NCBI GenBank assembly: GCA_033763255.1
Contig: JANRKX010000087.1
Coordinates: forward strand, 40,075 to 104,074
Direction of reading: 5' to 3'
DNA: 64,000 bases
From: Acidobacteriota bacterium
Lineage (GTDB): Bacteria; Acidobacteriota; Blastocatellia; RBC074
Positions 7,625 through 18,194 of this stretch are shown here, one piece after another (within the stretch, counting starts at the first letter, position 1; every line of letters starts with the position of its first letter). The translations under genes and the position numbers were made by a program. The notes below the pieces were generated by a model. The model was not told the origin of the DNA. It saw nothing but the letters and a program-made list of their open reading frames with translations, and did no database searches.

Positions 7625-9196
7625 TCACTCCGTTCCGCATCCGCCGCCGCCCGGAGTTTCAATCACTATGCGGTCACCTTTGTTGGCGGAGATGGAAAAC
7701 TTGCCGGGCAGTTTTTTCTTTTTGCTTTTGCCTTTGGCGACGGTGGTGACCAGTTGAGCCAGTCCGCGTTTGCCGTCTTCTCCGCCGTGCAAACCGTAGG
7801 GAGCGGTTTTTCGTCTGTCAGCCAGCAGAGAAACTTTGGCATCGGTCAGCAATTCAATTTCGCGGATCGTTCCGTCGCCTCCGCGCGTGTGACCGCGTCC
7901 CCCGGAATTTCGCCGAATAGCGTAACGCCGAACGCGCAGCGGATAAGCGTATTCCAGTGCTTCGACAGGTGTGTTGAGCGAATTGGTCATGTGGGTATGA
8001 ACTGCCGAAATGCCGTCCGCCATTGGCCGAGCGCCCATTCCGCCGCAAACGGTTTCGTAATACGCGAACTCCTTGCCGGTGCGCGCGTCCCAACCGCCGA
8101 TGGTCAGATTGTTCATCGTGCCTTGCGAAGCTGCCGGGATCACTTGCGGCGCGGCTTGGGACAAAGCTTTTAACAAAACATCCACAATGCGCTGCGAAGT
8201 TTCTACATTGCCTCCGGCGACGGGCGCGGGCGGCAGAGCGTTGACGATGGTTCCACCGGGCGCAATGACTTCAATGGGTTCAGTGATTCCGGCACTGGCC
8301 GGAACATCTCCTACAATCAAACAGCGAAAGACGTAATACACCGCCGAAACGGCAATGGCTTCGACGGCGTTGATCGGGCCGCGCACCTGCGGCGAACTGC
8401 CGCTGAAATCCACGCGCGCGCGGTCGCCGCGAATTTCCAACCGAACGGCAATGCGAACCGGTTTGTCGCTTTCGCCGTCGTCATCCAGAAAATCTTCGGC
8501 TTCGTACACGCCGTCCGGCAGAGCTTCGAGCGTACGACGAACTCGGCGCGCCGCGTATTCCACCAGATGCCCGGCGTATTCGTCGGCTTCGGCAAAGCCA
8601 TACCGCGCGACGATTTCCTGCAAACGTTCACTGCCGACGCGCAAGGCTCCAAGCTGAGCGGCGAAATCGCCTTCGCGTTCTTCGCGGCCACGCACATTGG
8701 CCAGCAACAGATTGAAAACTTCACGATCCAGTTCGCCCGCGCGAACAATACGAATCGGCGGAATGCGAATGCCTTCCTGATAAATTTCGGTCGCCGATCC
8801 CATCGAACCCGGCGTTGAACCGCCAATGTCTGCGTGGTGAGCGCGGTTGGCGACGAAAAAGTGCAGGTTGCCGGTTGAATTGAAAACTGGCGCGACCATC
8901 GTCACATCTGGCAGATGAGTTCCTCCGGCGTAAGGGTCGTTGAGCACGACGACATCGCCCGGCTGCAACTGACAAGCTTCAATTGCGGCTTTGACCGACA
9001 TCGGCATCGAACCCAAATGCACGGGCATGTGGTCGCCTTGCGCGATGATGCGGCCTCGCCGGTCGAACACGGCGCACGAATAATCGCGCCGCTCTTTGAT
9101 GTTCGGCGAAAACGCCGTCCGGCGCAGGCTGACGCCCATTTCCTCGGCGACAGAGGTGTATAGCGAACGATAAATTTCCAGTTTGATCGAATCCAT
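7625..9196 (-). CDS. hydantoinase B/oxoprolinase family protein (HyuB-like)
   Basis: It shows full-length similarity to the Hydantoinase_B family (DPYAGGTHLPD, GGGGxG C-terminus). No HyuA partner is adjacent. Confidence 0.85.
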   Translation of the reverse strand: MDSIKLEIYRSLYTSVAEEMGVSLRRTAFSPNIKERRDYSCAVFDRRGRIIAQGDHMPVHLGSMPMSVKAAIEACQLQPGDVVVLNDPYAGGTHLPDVTMVAPVFNSTGNLHFFVANRAHHADIGGSTPGSMGSATEIYQEGIRIPPIRIVRAGELDREVFNLLLANVRGREEREGDFAAQLGALRVGSERLQEIVARYGFAEADEYAGHLVEYAARRVRRTLEALPDGVYEAEDFLDDDGESDKPVRIAVRLEIRGDRARVDFSGSSPQVRGPINAVEAIAVSAVYYVFRCLIVGDVPASAGITEPIEVIAPGGTIVNALPPAPVAGGNVETSQRIVDVLLKALSQAAPQVIPAASQGTMNNLTIGGWDARTGKEFAYYETVCGGMGARPMADGISAVHTHMTNSLNTPVEALEYAYPLRVRRYAIRRNSGGRGHTRGGDGTIREIELLTDAKVSLLADRRKTAPYGLHGGEDGKRGLAQLVTTVAKGKSKKKKLPGKFSISANKGDRIVIETPGGGGCGTE

Positions 9197-9200
9197 AAAC

Positions 9201-11546
9201 TTACAACTCCAGATTTCGCAGCCTAAGCGCGTTCGTAATCACCGACACTGAACTGAACGTCATCGCCGCGCTGGCGATCATAGGGCTGAGCAGCAGTCCG
9301 AACGCCGGATACAAAATTCCAGCCGCCAGCGGCACGCCCAGCAAGTTGTAAACGAAGGCGAAAAACAGGTTTTGCCGAATGTTGCTCATCACCGAGCGAC
9401 TCAAACGGCGAGCGCGAACTATGCCGCGCAAATCGCCTTTAACCAAAGTCAGCCCTGCGCTTTCCATCGCCACGTCGGTTCCGGTTCCCCCATTGCTGAT
9501 TGCTATGCCAACTTCCGCCGCAGCCAAAGCCGGGGCGTCGTTGATGCCGTCGCCGGCCATTGCCACAACTCTGCCTTCGTTTTGCAGCCGTTTGATGGAT
9601 GCGGCTTTTTGATCGGGCAGGACTTCGGCGACGACTTCGGCAATTCCAAGTTCGCGCGCGACTGCTTCGGCAGTTTTGCGGTTGTCGCCGGTCAGCATGA
9701 CGATTCGCAATCCGTCTGCCTGAAGCTGCCTGATTGCTTCAGGCGTTGACGCCTTGATCGAATCGGCAACGCCTAGCAATCCGACAACTCGCCCATCAAC
9801 CGCTGCCAGCATCACCGTCTGCCCCTCGGCGCGAAGCTGTTCGGCTTTGTCAGCAATCGAACCGTCAATGTTGATCGAAAACGATTCCAGCAACGCCTGA
9901 TTGCCGAGCGCAACTTGCTTGCCGCCAACTCGCCCAACGACGCCTTTGCCTGTCAGCGACTGAAATCCGTCAACGCCAACCAAATCCAATTTGCGCTCTT
10001 CTGCGGCTGCAATAATCGCCGCCGCCAACGGATGCTCGCTCGCCCGTTCCAAACTCGCAGCCAATCGCAAAAACTCCTGCTCATTCTCGCCGTCGTTCAA
10101 AATCAACGACACCAACCGCGGTTTGCCTTCTGTCAGAGTTCCGGTTTTATCCACGACCAAAGTGTTGATCTTGGCCAGCGTTTCCAAAGCTTCGGCGTTT
10201 TTTATGAGCACGCCAGCCATCGCGCCGCGCCCGGTTCCCACCATCACAGACATCGGCGTAGCCAATCCCAGCGCGCACGGGCAGGCGATAATCAAAACCG
10301 CGACGGCATTGACCAGCGCGTAAACAAACCGAGGTTCAGGGCCGACAAAGCTCCAAACCAAAAACGTGATGACCGAAACCAACACCACAGTCGGCACAAA
10401 CCACGCCGAAACAGAATCGGCCAAACGTTGAATCGGAGCGCGACTGCGCTGAGCTTCACCAACCATCCGCACGATTTGCGCCAGCAGAGTTTCGCTGCCG
10501 ACTCGTTCGGCTCGCATAATGAAACTGCCAGTGCCGTTGACTGTGCCGCCAGTAACTTTGCTGCCGGATTCTTTTTCGACCGGGATCGGTTCGCCTGTCA
10601 CCATCGCTTCGTCAACGGAACTGCGGCCTTCTGTGACAACGCCGTCCACCGGAACTTTTTCGCCGGGACGCACGCGCAACAAAGCTCCGGGAAAAACCAA
10701 ATCGAGTTCAATGTCTTCTTCGTTGCCGTTGGCTCGAACGATGCGCGCAGTTTTTGGAGCCAAGTCCAACAGCATTTTGATCGCGCTGCTGGTCTGGCTG
10801 CGCGCGCGGAGTTCCAAAACTTGCCCTAGCAAAACCAGAGTCGTGATGACGGCGGCGGCTTCAAAGTAAACGGCTACTTCGCCGCCGTGACCTTTGAACG
10901 AAGCCGGAAAGATTCCGGGAAAGACCGTCGCCACGACGCTGTAACCAAACGCCGAGCCTGTGCCGATGGCAATCAATGTGAACATGTTCGGGCTGCGATT
11001 CGTGATCGAGTTCCAACCGCGAACAAAAAACGGCCAACCTCCCCACAACACAACGGGCGTTGCCAAAACGAGTTGCAACCACACAACCAGCCGATGGCCT
11101 ATGGCGTGTTGTACCGGCTGACCCGGAATCATCTCCGACATTGCCAGCGCAAACACCGGAAAGGTCAACGCAAGACAAATCCAAAACCTCCGCCGCATAT
11201 CGTCCAGTTCCGAAGTGTCTTCTTCCGCCGTCGGCGAAAACACTTTCGGTTCCAAAGCCATTCCGCACTTCGGACAAATGCCGGGGCCGATTTGCACGAC
11301 TTCGGGATCCATCGGGCAGGTGTATTCAATCGCCGTTGAAGTTTCGGCTGGCATTTCCGTTTTGTGGGTTGGGTGAAGAATCGCTTCAGGATTGGCGGCG
11401 AACTTTTCGCGGCAGCGCGGATTGCAGAAAAAATACGTCGTGCCTTGATGTTCGAACTTGCCCGCAGCCGTCGCGGGGTTGACCTTCATTCCGCACACGG
11501 GATCAACGTGCAAAACAGGTTGGAAGACGGGTAAGGATTTCGCCAT
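9201..11546 (-). CDS. copA: copper-translocating P1B-type ATPase (CopA-like) with N-terminal TRASH/YHS-like and HMBD metal-binding domains
   Basis: Motifs CPC ([13 protein letters not shown]), DKTGTLT and GDGINDAP are present. The N-terminus carries CGMKV...YFFC and CPMDPEV...CPKCGMAL. Confidence 0.9.
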   Translation of the reverse strand: MAKSLPVFQPVLHVDPVCGMKVNPATAAGKFEHQGTTYFFCNPRCREKFAANPEAILHPTHKTEMPAETSTAIEYTCPMDPEVVQIGPGICPKCGMALEPKVFSPTAEEDTSELDDMRRRFWICLALTFPVFALAMSEMIPGQPVQHAIGHRLVVWLQLVLATPVVLWGGWPFFVRGWNSITNRSPNMFTLIAIGTGSAFGYSVVATVFPGIFPASFKGHGGEVAVYFEAAAVITTLVLLGQVLELRARSQTSSAIKMLLDLAPKTARIVRANGNEEDIELDLVFPGALLRVRPGEKVPVDGVVTEGRSSVDEAMVTGEPIPVEKESGSKVTGGTVNGTGSFIMRAERVGSETLLAQIVRMVGEAQRSRAPIQRLADSVSAWFVPTVVLVSVITFLVWSFVGPEPRFVYALVNAVAVLIIACPCALGLATPMSVMVGTGRGAMAGVLIKNAEALETLAKINTLVVDKTGTLTEGKPRLVSLILNDGENEQEFLRLAASLERASEHPLAAAIIAAAEERKLDLVGVDGFQSLTGKGVVGRVGGKQVALGNQALLESFSINIDGSIADKAEQLRAEGQTVMLAAVDGRVVGLLGVADSIKASTPEAIRQLQADGLRIVMLTGDNRKTAEAVARELGIAEVVAEVLPDQKAASIKRLQNEGRVVAMAGDGINDAPALAAAEVGIAISNGGTGTDVAMESAGLTLVKGDLRGIVRARRLSRSVMSNIRQNLFFAFVYNLLGVPLAAGILYPAFGLLLSPMIASAAMTFSSVSVITNALRLRNLEL

Positions 11547-11556
11547 AACAATTCCA

Positions 11557-12768
11557 TCAGTTTGGCAGCGGCATCGTTGCCGTCATGACGCGCGAGCTTG
11601 TCCACGCGAAAACCAGCGTTTTACCGCCCCTACTTTTTTCTGAAAGCACCATTTGCGGAAATCCGTTGGAACGAGCCGTGCCGTTTGGCGCAACAGCGAT
11701 GGACGCATACATCTTGCCGTCAGGATAAACACGTCGAACGCGCACCGAACCGCTGCCCGTCGCTTTTTCCAGCCAGCAGACCAGCGCGCTGCCGTCGTTG
11801 AGCATCAGCGTTTCGACTCGGCCAACGGGGTTGCCATCATCAATCGTGATCGGTTTGCCGAAGCTTTCTCCGGCGTCGGAGGAAAACGCCAGCCGGACTT
11901 GAGGTTTGTCACCCGCGCCGGTGTACCACGCGACTGCGACTTGTTTGCCAGCAGCCGCCACCGAAGGGCCGTTGACCGGGCAGCCATTCAGTTTCCAACC
12001 GTCGTCGTGAACGGCGCGCGGTTCAGCCCATTTGCCAGCTTTCAACCGGACGATGGAAATGTCGCGCATCTCTTCGTCCGAACGGTCGCGGTAAACCACC
12101 ACTGGCCCTTCGGCAGTCATCGCCGCCGAAGTCTGGCAACATTCACAAACGCGGGCATCCAATTTGGCTTCATCGGTCAACGTTCCATCGCGTTTGATCT
12201 TCACGTAACGCAAAGTCATGTTGCCGTGCCCATGCCCGTGATCGTCTTTACCGCCAGGAGTCATTTCGCGTCCGTCCAGCCAAACAGCCGCAAGTTGTCC
12301 GTCTTTGGTGGCAAACAGCGAAACAAATCCGTGTTCGGCTTTCACGCCGTCACGATGTGCGACAAAAGGTTTGCTCCAGGTTTTGCCGCCGTCGAACGAA
12401 CGCGAAATCGTCACGTCGTAATCAAACGTGCCGGAGCCGCTTTTGACCAGCCAATGCGCGGCCAGAGTTCCATCCGGCAAAACAATCATCGAAGGAAAAT
12501 CCGCCCAATTGACGAACCAGTTGGAGCCTTCGGCAATGATGCGCGGCGCTGACCAACCGTCATTTTCTTTCACCGCGAAACGCAACGAAGCTTTTCCTTC
12601 GCCCAATCGTTCGATCCAACTCAGATAAACTTTGCCGTCGCGCGAAACGGTCAAGTTGGGTTGACCGCTGCCCGCGCCCGCTGGTGAAACCATCTCGCGC
12701 ACTTGCGACAACGCCAACACAGGCAGCAACCAAACCAACAGAAGCGAACTGATTCGAAGCTTATTCAT
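11557..12768 (-). CDS. BNR/Asp-box repeat beta-propeller protein (sialidase-like fold), exported
   Basis: A signal peptide ([21 protein letters not shown]) is present. Repeated S-x-D-x-G-x-T-W/F motifs occur ([23 protein letters not shown]). The start may instead be at 12813. Confidence 0.7.
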   Translation of the reverse strand: MNKLRISSLLLVWLLPVLALSQVREMVSPAGAGSGQPNLTVSRDGKVYLSWIERLGEGKASLRFAVKENDGWSAPRIIAEGSNWFVNWADFPSMIVLPDGTLAAHWLVKSGSGTFDYDVTISRSFDGGKTWSKPFVAHRDGVKAEHGFVSLFATKDGQLAAVWLDGREMTPGGKDDHGHGHGNMTLRYVKIKRDGTLTDEAKLDARVCECCQTSAAMTAEGPVVVYRDRSDEEMRDISIVRLKAGKWAEPRAVHDDGWKLNGCPVNGPSVAAAGKQVAVAWYTGAGDKPQVRLAFSSDAGESFGKPITIDDGNPVGRVETLMLNDGSALVCWLEKATGSGSVRVRRVYPDGKMYASIAVAPNGTARSNGFPQMVLSEKSRGGKTLVFAWTSSRVMTATMPLPN

Positions 12769-12773
12769 AGTTT

Positions 12774-14372
12774 TTATCCGTGATGTTGATGAGCGTCTTT
12801 TTTGTTCGGCCATTTCGGGCCGGGTTCGTATTTTCCTTCTTTGATGAGCGCCATCATGCGGTCGTATTGGTCAGGCGGCAAGACTCGCACCAAAGTCATC
12901 ATCCCCATCATCGCCCCCGTCCAGCCTTCGGGCAGCCAGGAATTTTCAGGCCGTGCAACTTCGGCATCCATTGTCATCCACATGTCTTGCGGATAACCGG
13001 GCACGCGCTTTTTCTTCGCGCCCGCGACCTGACTTTTCGGCAATGTCAGCGCCATGTTGCATTTCGGACAACTGCCCGGTTTGTCGGATTTCACTTCGGG
13101 GTGCATCGGGCAGGAATAAACAACAGCCGCATTCTTGTCTTGCCCGACGCCGTTTGAAACGCTCTGTTCCAGCGGAATGCCCAGAGTTCGCCCAAACGCG
13201 GGGCCGTTTTCGTCAGACAGCGCGTGACCTTTGGTGATGATGCCCATGCCGGATTCCATTTCACGGCTGGGCGGTGCCATGTGTTCGGAATGATTCATCG
13301 GCCCGACCATCGAAACCATCTGGTTCATCATGTGGTGCGGCAAATGGCAGTGAATCATCCAATCACCAATGTTCGTCGCTTCAAATTCGATGTCACGCGC
13401 CTGAGCTACGCCAACCAGAACGGTGTTGCCTGGATACCAGCCGACTTCTGGAATGCGCCCGCCTTCGGTTCCAGTGACGTAAAACTGCATGCCGTGCATG
13501 TGAATCGGATGATGATCCATGCTCAGATTGACCAGCCGAATCCGCACGCGCTCGCCGTGTTTGACGATCAGCGGAGTGCAGGCCGGGCCGGCTTTGCCGT
13601 TGAAAGTCAGCCAGTTGAATTCCATCGCCAATGTGTTCGGCACAGTGTTGTTAGGCAAAATCGCCCAGCCTTGCAGAATCAAGCCGAAGTCTTTGTCCAC
13701 CTTCGGCGTTTGCGCGTTGCGCGGATGAACGATGAAAAATCCAATCATGCCCATCATCTCCTGCATAGGCATGTGCGAGTGATAAAAGTACGTGCCGTGC
13801 TGATGCAGCATAAATTCATAAGTGTGAGTTTCACCCGGCATAATCAGCCACTGCCCCAAGCCCGGCACGCCGTCTTGCGACATTGGAACTTCCAAGCCGT
13901 GCCAGTGCGGAGTGGTCGGCTCTGGCAGATTGTTGGTGAAGTGAATGCGGACGCGGTCGCCTTCCTGAACTTCGATGGTTGGTCCCGGCAGGCTGCCGTT
14001 GTAACCCCAGGCGTCCACCACGCGCGCATCAGCCCACGGCGCGGCTGGCAGAAATTCCGTGCGGACAGGTTCGGCGCTCAGATGAAAGACCTTCACGCCG
14101 TTTTCCAGATTGTACGGCAGCTTCGGAATGTCAGGCGTGAACACCGGTTTGAATGGCGCGGGCGCTCCCAGAGTTTCCGGCTGCGAAGGAATTTTGGACG
14201 GAGTTGAGGGAGCCGCTGGCTTGGGCGGCGTGTGTTGATGTTGCGAATGATCCTGCACGGCAGGTTTGGTTTCTTGATGTTGATGCTGCTGAGCGTTTGC
14301 GGTCTGCGTTGCGACCAGACTTGCGCCCAACATCGAAGTGCGGCGAAGAAAATTGCGACGATTTGAATTCAT
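12774..14372 (-). CDS. multicopper oxidase (Tat-exported) with a C-terminal CopA-type heavy-metal-binding domain
   Basis: The Tat signal [11 protein letters not shown] is present. Cu-site motifs are HWHGLEV, HCHLPHH and HPIHMHG. The C-terminal YSCPMHPEV...CPKCNMAL parallels the CopA N-terminus. The start at 14372 has a ggagag RBS. Confidence 0.85.
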   Translation of the reverse strand: MNSNRRNFLRRTSMLGASLVATQTANAQQHQHQETKPAVQDHSQHQHTPPKPAAPSTPSKIPSQPETLGAPAPFKPVFTPDIPKLPYNLENGVKVFHLSAEPVRTEFLPAAPWADARVVDAWGYNGSLPGPTIEVQEGDRVRIHFTNNLPEPTTPHWHGLEVPMSQDGVPGLGQWLIMPGETHTYEFMLHQHGTYFYHSHMPMQEMMGMIGFFIVHPRNAQTPKVDKDFGLILQGWAILPNNTVPNTLAMEFNWLTFNGKAGPACTPLIVKHGERVRIRLVNLSMDHHPIHMHGMQFYVTGTEGGRIPEVGWYPGNTVLVGVAQARDIEFEATNIGDWMIHCHLPHHMMNQMVSMVGPMNHSEHMAPPSREMESGMGIITKGHALSDENGPAFGRTLGIPLEQSVSNGVGQDKNAAVVYSCPMHPEVKSDKPGSCPKCNMALTLPKSQVAGAKKKRVPGYPQDMWMTMDAEVARPENSWLPEGWTGAMMGMMTLVRVLPPDQYDRMMALIKEGKYEPGPKWPNKKDAHQHHG

Positions 14373-14459
14373 AAAAGACTCTCCATTCAAGCTTTCAACG
14401 CAAAGACGCCAAGCCGCAAAGAAAAACCTTGGCGACTTTGTTTCTTAGCGCCTTTGCGT

Positions 14460-15821
14460 TTATTGATTTGCCGCTGAGTTATTGCCAGAAACTCCGTTTG
14501 GCGCGTCCAGTCCGCCGGTCAGCAACAACCCACGCAGTTTGACGACGTGTTGCCACAATTCGACCAGCGACGAAATGTATTCCGTGCGCGCCTGAAACAG
14601 CGTTCGCTGTGTAAAAAGCACTTGCGGATAAGCCGCGCCCATTTGCCGAAACTTGGCCAGATACAGGTCATAAGCCCGTTGCGCGCGCGGCAGAACTTCG
14701 CGCTGATAGCGAACCGCCACGCCTAGCGAGTTTTGATACTGGGCAAAGCTTTCGGCCAGTCGTGCGCGCAAAGCCAATTCCACACGCTGAACTTCGCGTT
14801 CGGCGGCGGTCAGGTCAGCTTTCGATGCCGCGACGTTTCCCTGATTGCGATTGAAAATCGGCACGCGAACGCCTGCTTCCAGACGACCTTCCCAGCCGGT
14901 TTTGCCGCCGTAAAACTCCGCCCATTCGTTGCTGTACCCTACGCCGCCGCGCAGATAAATGTCTGGCTTCGGCTCCGCTTTGGCGCGACTGACGACGGCT
15001 TTGGCGCGCTCGACTCCGGCCAACGCGCGTTTTATTTCGGGGCTGTCGCGCAACAAACCGGCCAGCATTTCTTCCTGCACCATCACCGGCGCAGTCGTTT
15101 CCAAAGCGTTTTCCAGCCGCGTCGGTTTCAAGTTCGGATCGTTGACCACCGCCGCCAGCGTCTGCCAAACGCGGCTGTAATCATTGCGTGCGCGCAGCAA
15201 ATCAATTTCGGCGCGTTGCAATTCGACTTCGGCGGCCAACACGTCCGGGCGATCTGCCGCGCCTGTGTTGAACAGGTCTTCGGAAATTTCCGTCGCTTCG
15301 CGCGTCAATTCAGCCAGTTGCTGACGCAGATCGAGCAATTGCTGAGCGCCCACGACTTCGTAATACAGCATTCGCACGGCGTTCAGCACGCGCAACCGCT
15401 GAGCTTCGGCTTCGGCCTGCGTTTGAGCTTTTTCCTGCGCGGCGATGTTTTTGCTTTTGGCCAGCTTGCCGCCGGTCAAAATGGTTTGTTCGACAAAAAA
15501 ACCTTGTCCGTTGCGATACGGATAGACCAGCGAATTGAACGCCAGCCCGTCGCCTTCGTACCCGATGACTGGATTTGGCCACAGCCCGGCCTGGCGGCGG
15601 CGACCTTCGGCGGCCTGAATGGCGGCTTCGGCCTGACTGAGAGTCGGATTGTTTTTGATCGCCATTTGTTCGAGCGCGGCCAGCGTCAATTCTGGCGATG
15701 ACTGTTCTTTGGTTTGTGTGATGTTCGGTTGCTGAGCCGTTGCGGTTGGAATCAGCAAGGCGAAACATAATGCCGCTGAGGCTCCAGCACGAAGCCGCAC
15801 GACAATTGATCTGAATGACAT
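14460..15821 (-). CDS. TolC-family outer-membrane efflux protein
   Basis: A signal peptide is present. The outer-membrane-factor two-repeat helical/beta pattern is seen (LTLAALEQMAIKNNPTLSQAEA..., PDIYLRGGVGYSNEW). Confidence 0.8.
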   Translation of the reverse strand: MSFRSIVVRLRAGASAALCFALLIPTATAQQPNITQTKEQSSPELTLAALEQMAIKNNPTLSQAEAAIQAAEGRRRQAGLWPNPVIGYEGDGLAFNSLVYPYRNGQGFFVEQTILTGGKLAKSKNIAAQEKAQTQAEAEAQRLRVLNAVRMLYYEVVGAQQLLDLRQQLAELTREATEISEDLFNTGAADRPDVLAAEVELQRAEIDLLRARNDYSRVWQTLAAVVNDPNLKPTRLENALETTAPVMVQEEMLAGLLRDSPEIKRALAGVERAKAVVSRAKAEPKPDIYLRGGVGYSNEWAEFYGGKTGWEGRLEAGVRVPIFNRNQGNVAASKADLTAAEREVQRVELALRARLAESFAQYQNSLGVAVRYQREVLPRAQRAYDLYLAKFRQMGAAYPQVLFTQRTLFQARTEYISSLVELWQHVVKLRGLLLTGGLDAPNGVSGNNSAANQ

Positions 15822-15912
15822 GATTCTTGCTCCGAAATTTTAGAGACACGAATGGTTCAACTGCCAGCCAAACAGCCGGGCAGCGCAAATGCCAAAATTT
15901 ATCGGAGTCGGT

Positions 15913-16389
15913 TTAGATTCTCAGGCTGAGCTGAAAACCCGTATGCGGCGGCGAGTGAATCGCGGAGTCTTGAATCGGAATGGACGAGGAGTCGAAAACG
16001 AGTTTGCTGTCAGGCCACAACGAAGCTGCCAGCACAGCAACCTCTTTACCAATTTGCGGCGCAACCGTCGAAGGCAACGGTTCGCCTTCGGGCGTTTCGC
16101 GCTTCATCGCACAGCAGTTGCGATTCATCATCGCAGCAAAAACTTTGCTGGCGGCAGCTTGCTGTTCTGAATGCGCGTTTGGGGCTGAATGTGTCTGCTG
16201 AGCTTTCTTTTCCGCCGCTTTTTTCCGGTGACAAGGCGGAAGGTTTTCATCTGATTCGGCGGCTTGTTCGACAACCTGCGGCGCAGACAATTCTGCCACC
16301 TTCACGCAACACAATCCTCCGCACAGCCCAAACGAAAGCAGAAGTTGCGCGGCCAGGAGCATTGAAATTGTCTTTTGCAGAAACCTCAT
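15913..16389 (-). CDS. hypothetical exported Cys/His-containing protein
   Basis: A signal peptide is followed by CGGLCC and NRNCC motifs and a His/Lys-rich segment. Support comes from ORF length and operon position only. Confidence 0.35.
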   Translation of the reverse strand: MRFLQKTISMLLAAQLLLSFGLCGGLCCVKVAELSAPQVVEQAAESDENLPPCHRKKAAEKKAQQTHSAPNAHSEQQAAASKVFAAMMNRNCCAMKRETPEGEPLPSTVAPQIGKEVAVLAASLWPDSKLVFDSSSIPIQDSAIHSPPHTGFQLSLRI

Positions 16390-16434
16390 CGGTTTGGATT
16401 AAACCAGACGAAAGACCTGGAAACAACTTGCGAG

Positions 16435-17391
16435 CTAATTCTTCTTCCACGCCACTTTGCCCATTTCGCGCCAGGTCGTCAGTTTGATGCCGAGTTCTTT
16501 GATCAGAGCTTCGATTTCGGGATCGGTGAAGGCCAGAAAATCGCCATAACGTTGTTGCCACGATCCGGTCGTCGCTTTCAATTCGGCATCGTCCATTCCC
16601 AAATGAACGATCAGCATCGTCACTCCGGGTTTCAGATTGCGGAGGAAGGTTTTGTAGGCTTCTTTGCGTTCGGCTGGCGTTTTGCCCTGCACGCCCGTCA
16701 CCAGGTAATCCAGCATCGCAAAGCCGTCGGCTTCGACTTTTTTCAGCACGTCTTCTGTGATCGGCGAACCGGTCAGCTTGCCGTATTGAATCGCTTCCAG
16801 CGTTGGACGCATGACCATCACGGGAATTCCGTACTCTTTGCCGAGTTTGGTGTACACGTCGAAAAAGTCTTTGCGCGTGTACAGCGTGCCCATGTGCGTG
16901 TCCAGGTGAGTCGGCTTGATGCCGAATTGAAGCGCGCGTTCGATCTGCGCGCGAATCTCGGTTTCGATTTCCTGCGGCGTGGCGTTTTTGGCCGTGTCGC
17001 GTTCCGAACGCCACATAAAACCTTCCGGGTCGAGCAGGCCTTTGACCTTTTCCGGCGAAGCCACCGGTCGCCAGCGCAGATATTTCCATTCACTGGTCAG
17101 CGTCAGATGCAATCCCAGATCGAGTTCGGGATTGGCTTTGGCGTGAGCCGCGATTTCGGGAAACCACGGACACGGAACCATGATGCTGCCCGAAGTCACC
17201 ATTCCTTTTTTGAAAGCTTCGATGGAAGCCACATTGACCGAATGCGACATGCCTATATCGTCGGCGTGAACCATCAGGACTTTGTCGTTCGGGCCATAAC
17301 CGAGTTGTTGGGCGGTGGTGGTTTGCCCTGAAGCAAAAGCCGTCAGCACCGCCAGCAGAGCAAGTGAGAAAATCAGTTTCATAGTTATCAA
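16435..17391 (-). CDS. YdjC/ChbG/HpnK-family carbohydrate deacetylase, exported
   Basis: [31 protein letters not shown] matches the YdjC signature (ADDFGLS..N.GI.EA..G.V.S). A signal peptide is present. Confidence 0.8.
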   Translation of the reverse strand: MITMKLIFSLALLAVLTAFASGQTTTAQQLGYGPNDKVLMVHADDIGMSHSVNVASIEAFKKGMVTSGSIMVPCPWFPEIAAHAKANPELDLGLHLTLTSEWKYLRWRPVASPEKVKGLLDPEGFMWRSERDTAKNATPQEIETEIRAQIERALQFGIKPTHLDTHMGTLYTRKDFFDVYTKLGKEYGIPVMVMRPTLEAIQYGKLTGSPITEDVLKKVEADGFAMLDYLVTGVQGKTPAERKEAYKTFLRNLKPGVTMLIVHLGMDDAELKATTGSWQQRYGDFLAFTDPEIEALIKELGIKLTTWREMGKVAWKKN

Positions 17392-17397
17392 TTCCTT

Positions 17398-18045
17398 TCA
17401 GTGGATGAGATGTTTGTCGTAACCGAGCGCGATCAATTGTTCATACGCCTGCCAGACTTCCGCCGAGATTTCCTGTTCGATCTGAAAGCCTTTGGCCGGG
17501 TAATCGCGGATGCGTTGCAAGTCGCCGACCATGATGTTGATGACCAAATCTTTGGGAAGTTCGGCGGTTGGATACGTTGCCCAATCGCTCGGCGGCGAGC
17601 TAATCCGAATGGCTTTGCCCGGCCAGTTTTTCATGAACGTCGCGTAGGCTCGCCGTTCCATATACGGTTTCTGGACGACGATGAAACGTTGCGGATCGAG
17701 TCCCTGTTCAGCCAGCACGCGACGACTGAACTGTATATTTTCGCCGGTGTTGGTGGAATTCGGCTCAATCAAAATCACTTCGCGCTGAACGCCTTTGCTG
17801 ACAGCGATGTCGGCGAAAGTTTCGGCTTCTGACTTGGCGAACTTGCCGCGTGTCAAAGCGCCTACGTTGCCGGAAAACATCAATCTCGGCGCCCAGCCTT
17901 GCAGAAACAAATCGGCGGCGTGTTCGGCAACTCGCGTGTCGTTGCTGCCGAGCGCCAAAATCAAATCGGATTTTTCCAGTTGATGGTTTAGGTGGTGATA
18001 ATCCCAGATCAGTTGGGAAAGTTCGTCAATCAGTTTCTCGGTCAT
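17398..18045 (-). CDS. DUF218 (YdcF/ElyC/SanA-like) domain protein
   Basis: The DUF218 pattern (DLILALGS...RVLAEQGL...IVVQKPYMERRA) is present. Confidence 0.75.
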   Translation of the reverse strand: MTEKLIDELSQLIWDYHHLNHQLEKSDLILALGSNDTRVAEHAADLFLQGWAPRLMFSGNVGALTRGKFAKSEAETFADIAVSKGVQREVILIEPNSTNTGENIQFSRRVLAEQGLDPQRFIVVQKPYMERRAYATFMKNWPGKAIRISSPPSDWATYPTAELPKDLVINIMVGDLQRIRDYPAKGFQIEQEISAEVWQAYEQLIALGYDKHLIH

Positions 18046-18194
18046 AATCAGCCTGCCGGCTCAACTCCATTCGTTTCAAACTTGGCGGCGATGGTAAAAC
18101 GTTGAGCCGTTTTCCGCCAGCTTTTGCCGGGTGTGAGCCGCTTACCTATAATGCGCGCCTTGTTTTTACATCCCGTTTTCAAAGGAGCAATCCG

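Noticed and set aside
9915-10829. 304-aa ORF on the + strand inside copA
   Set aside because: It is antisense to a confidently identified P-type ATPase. Its Arg/Gln/His-rich composition is typical of a GC-rich shadow frame.
13224-14207. 327-aa + strand ORF inside the multicopper oxidase gene
   Set aside because: It is an antisense shadow ORF with no motifs and low-complexity Arg/His-rich content.
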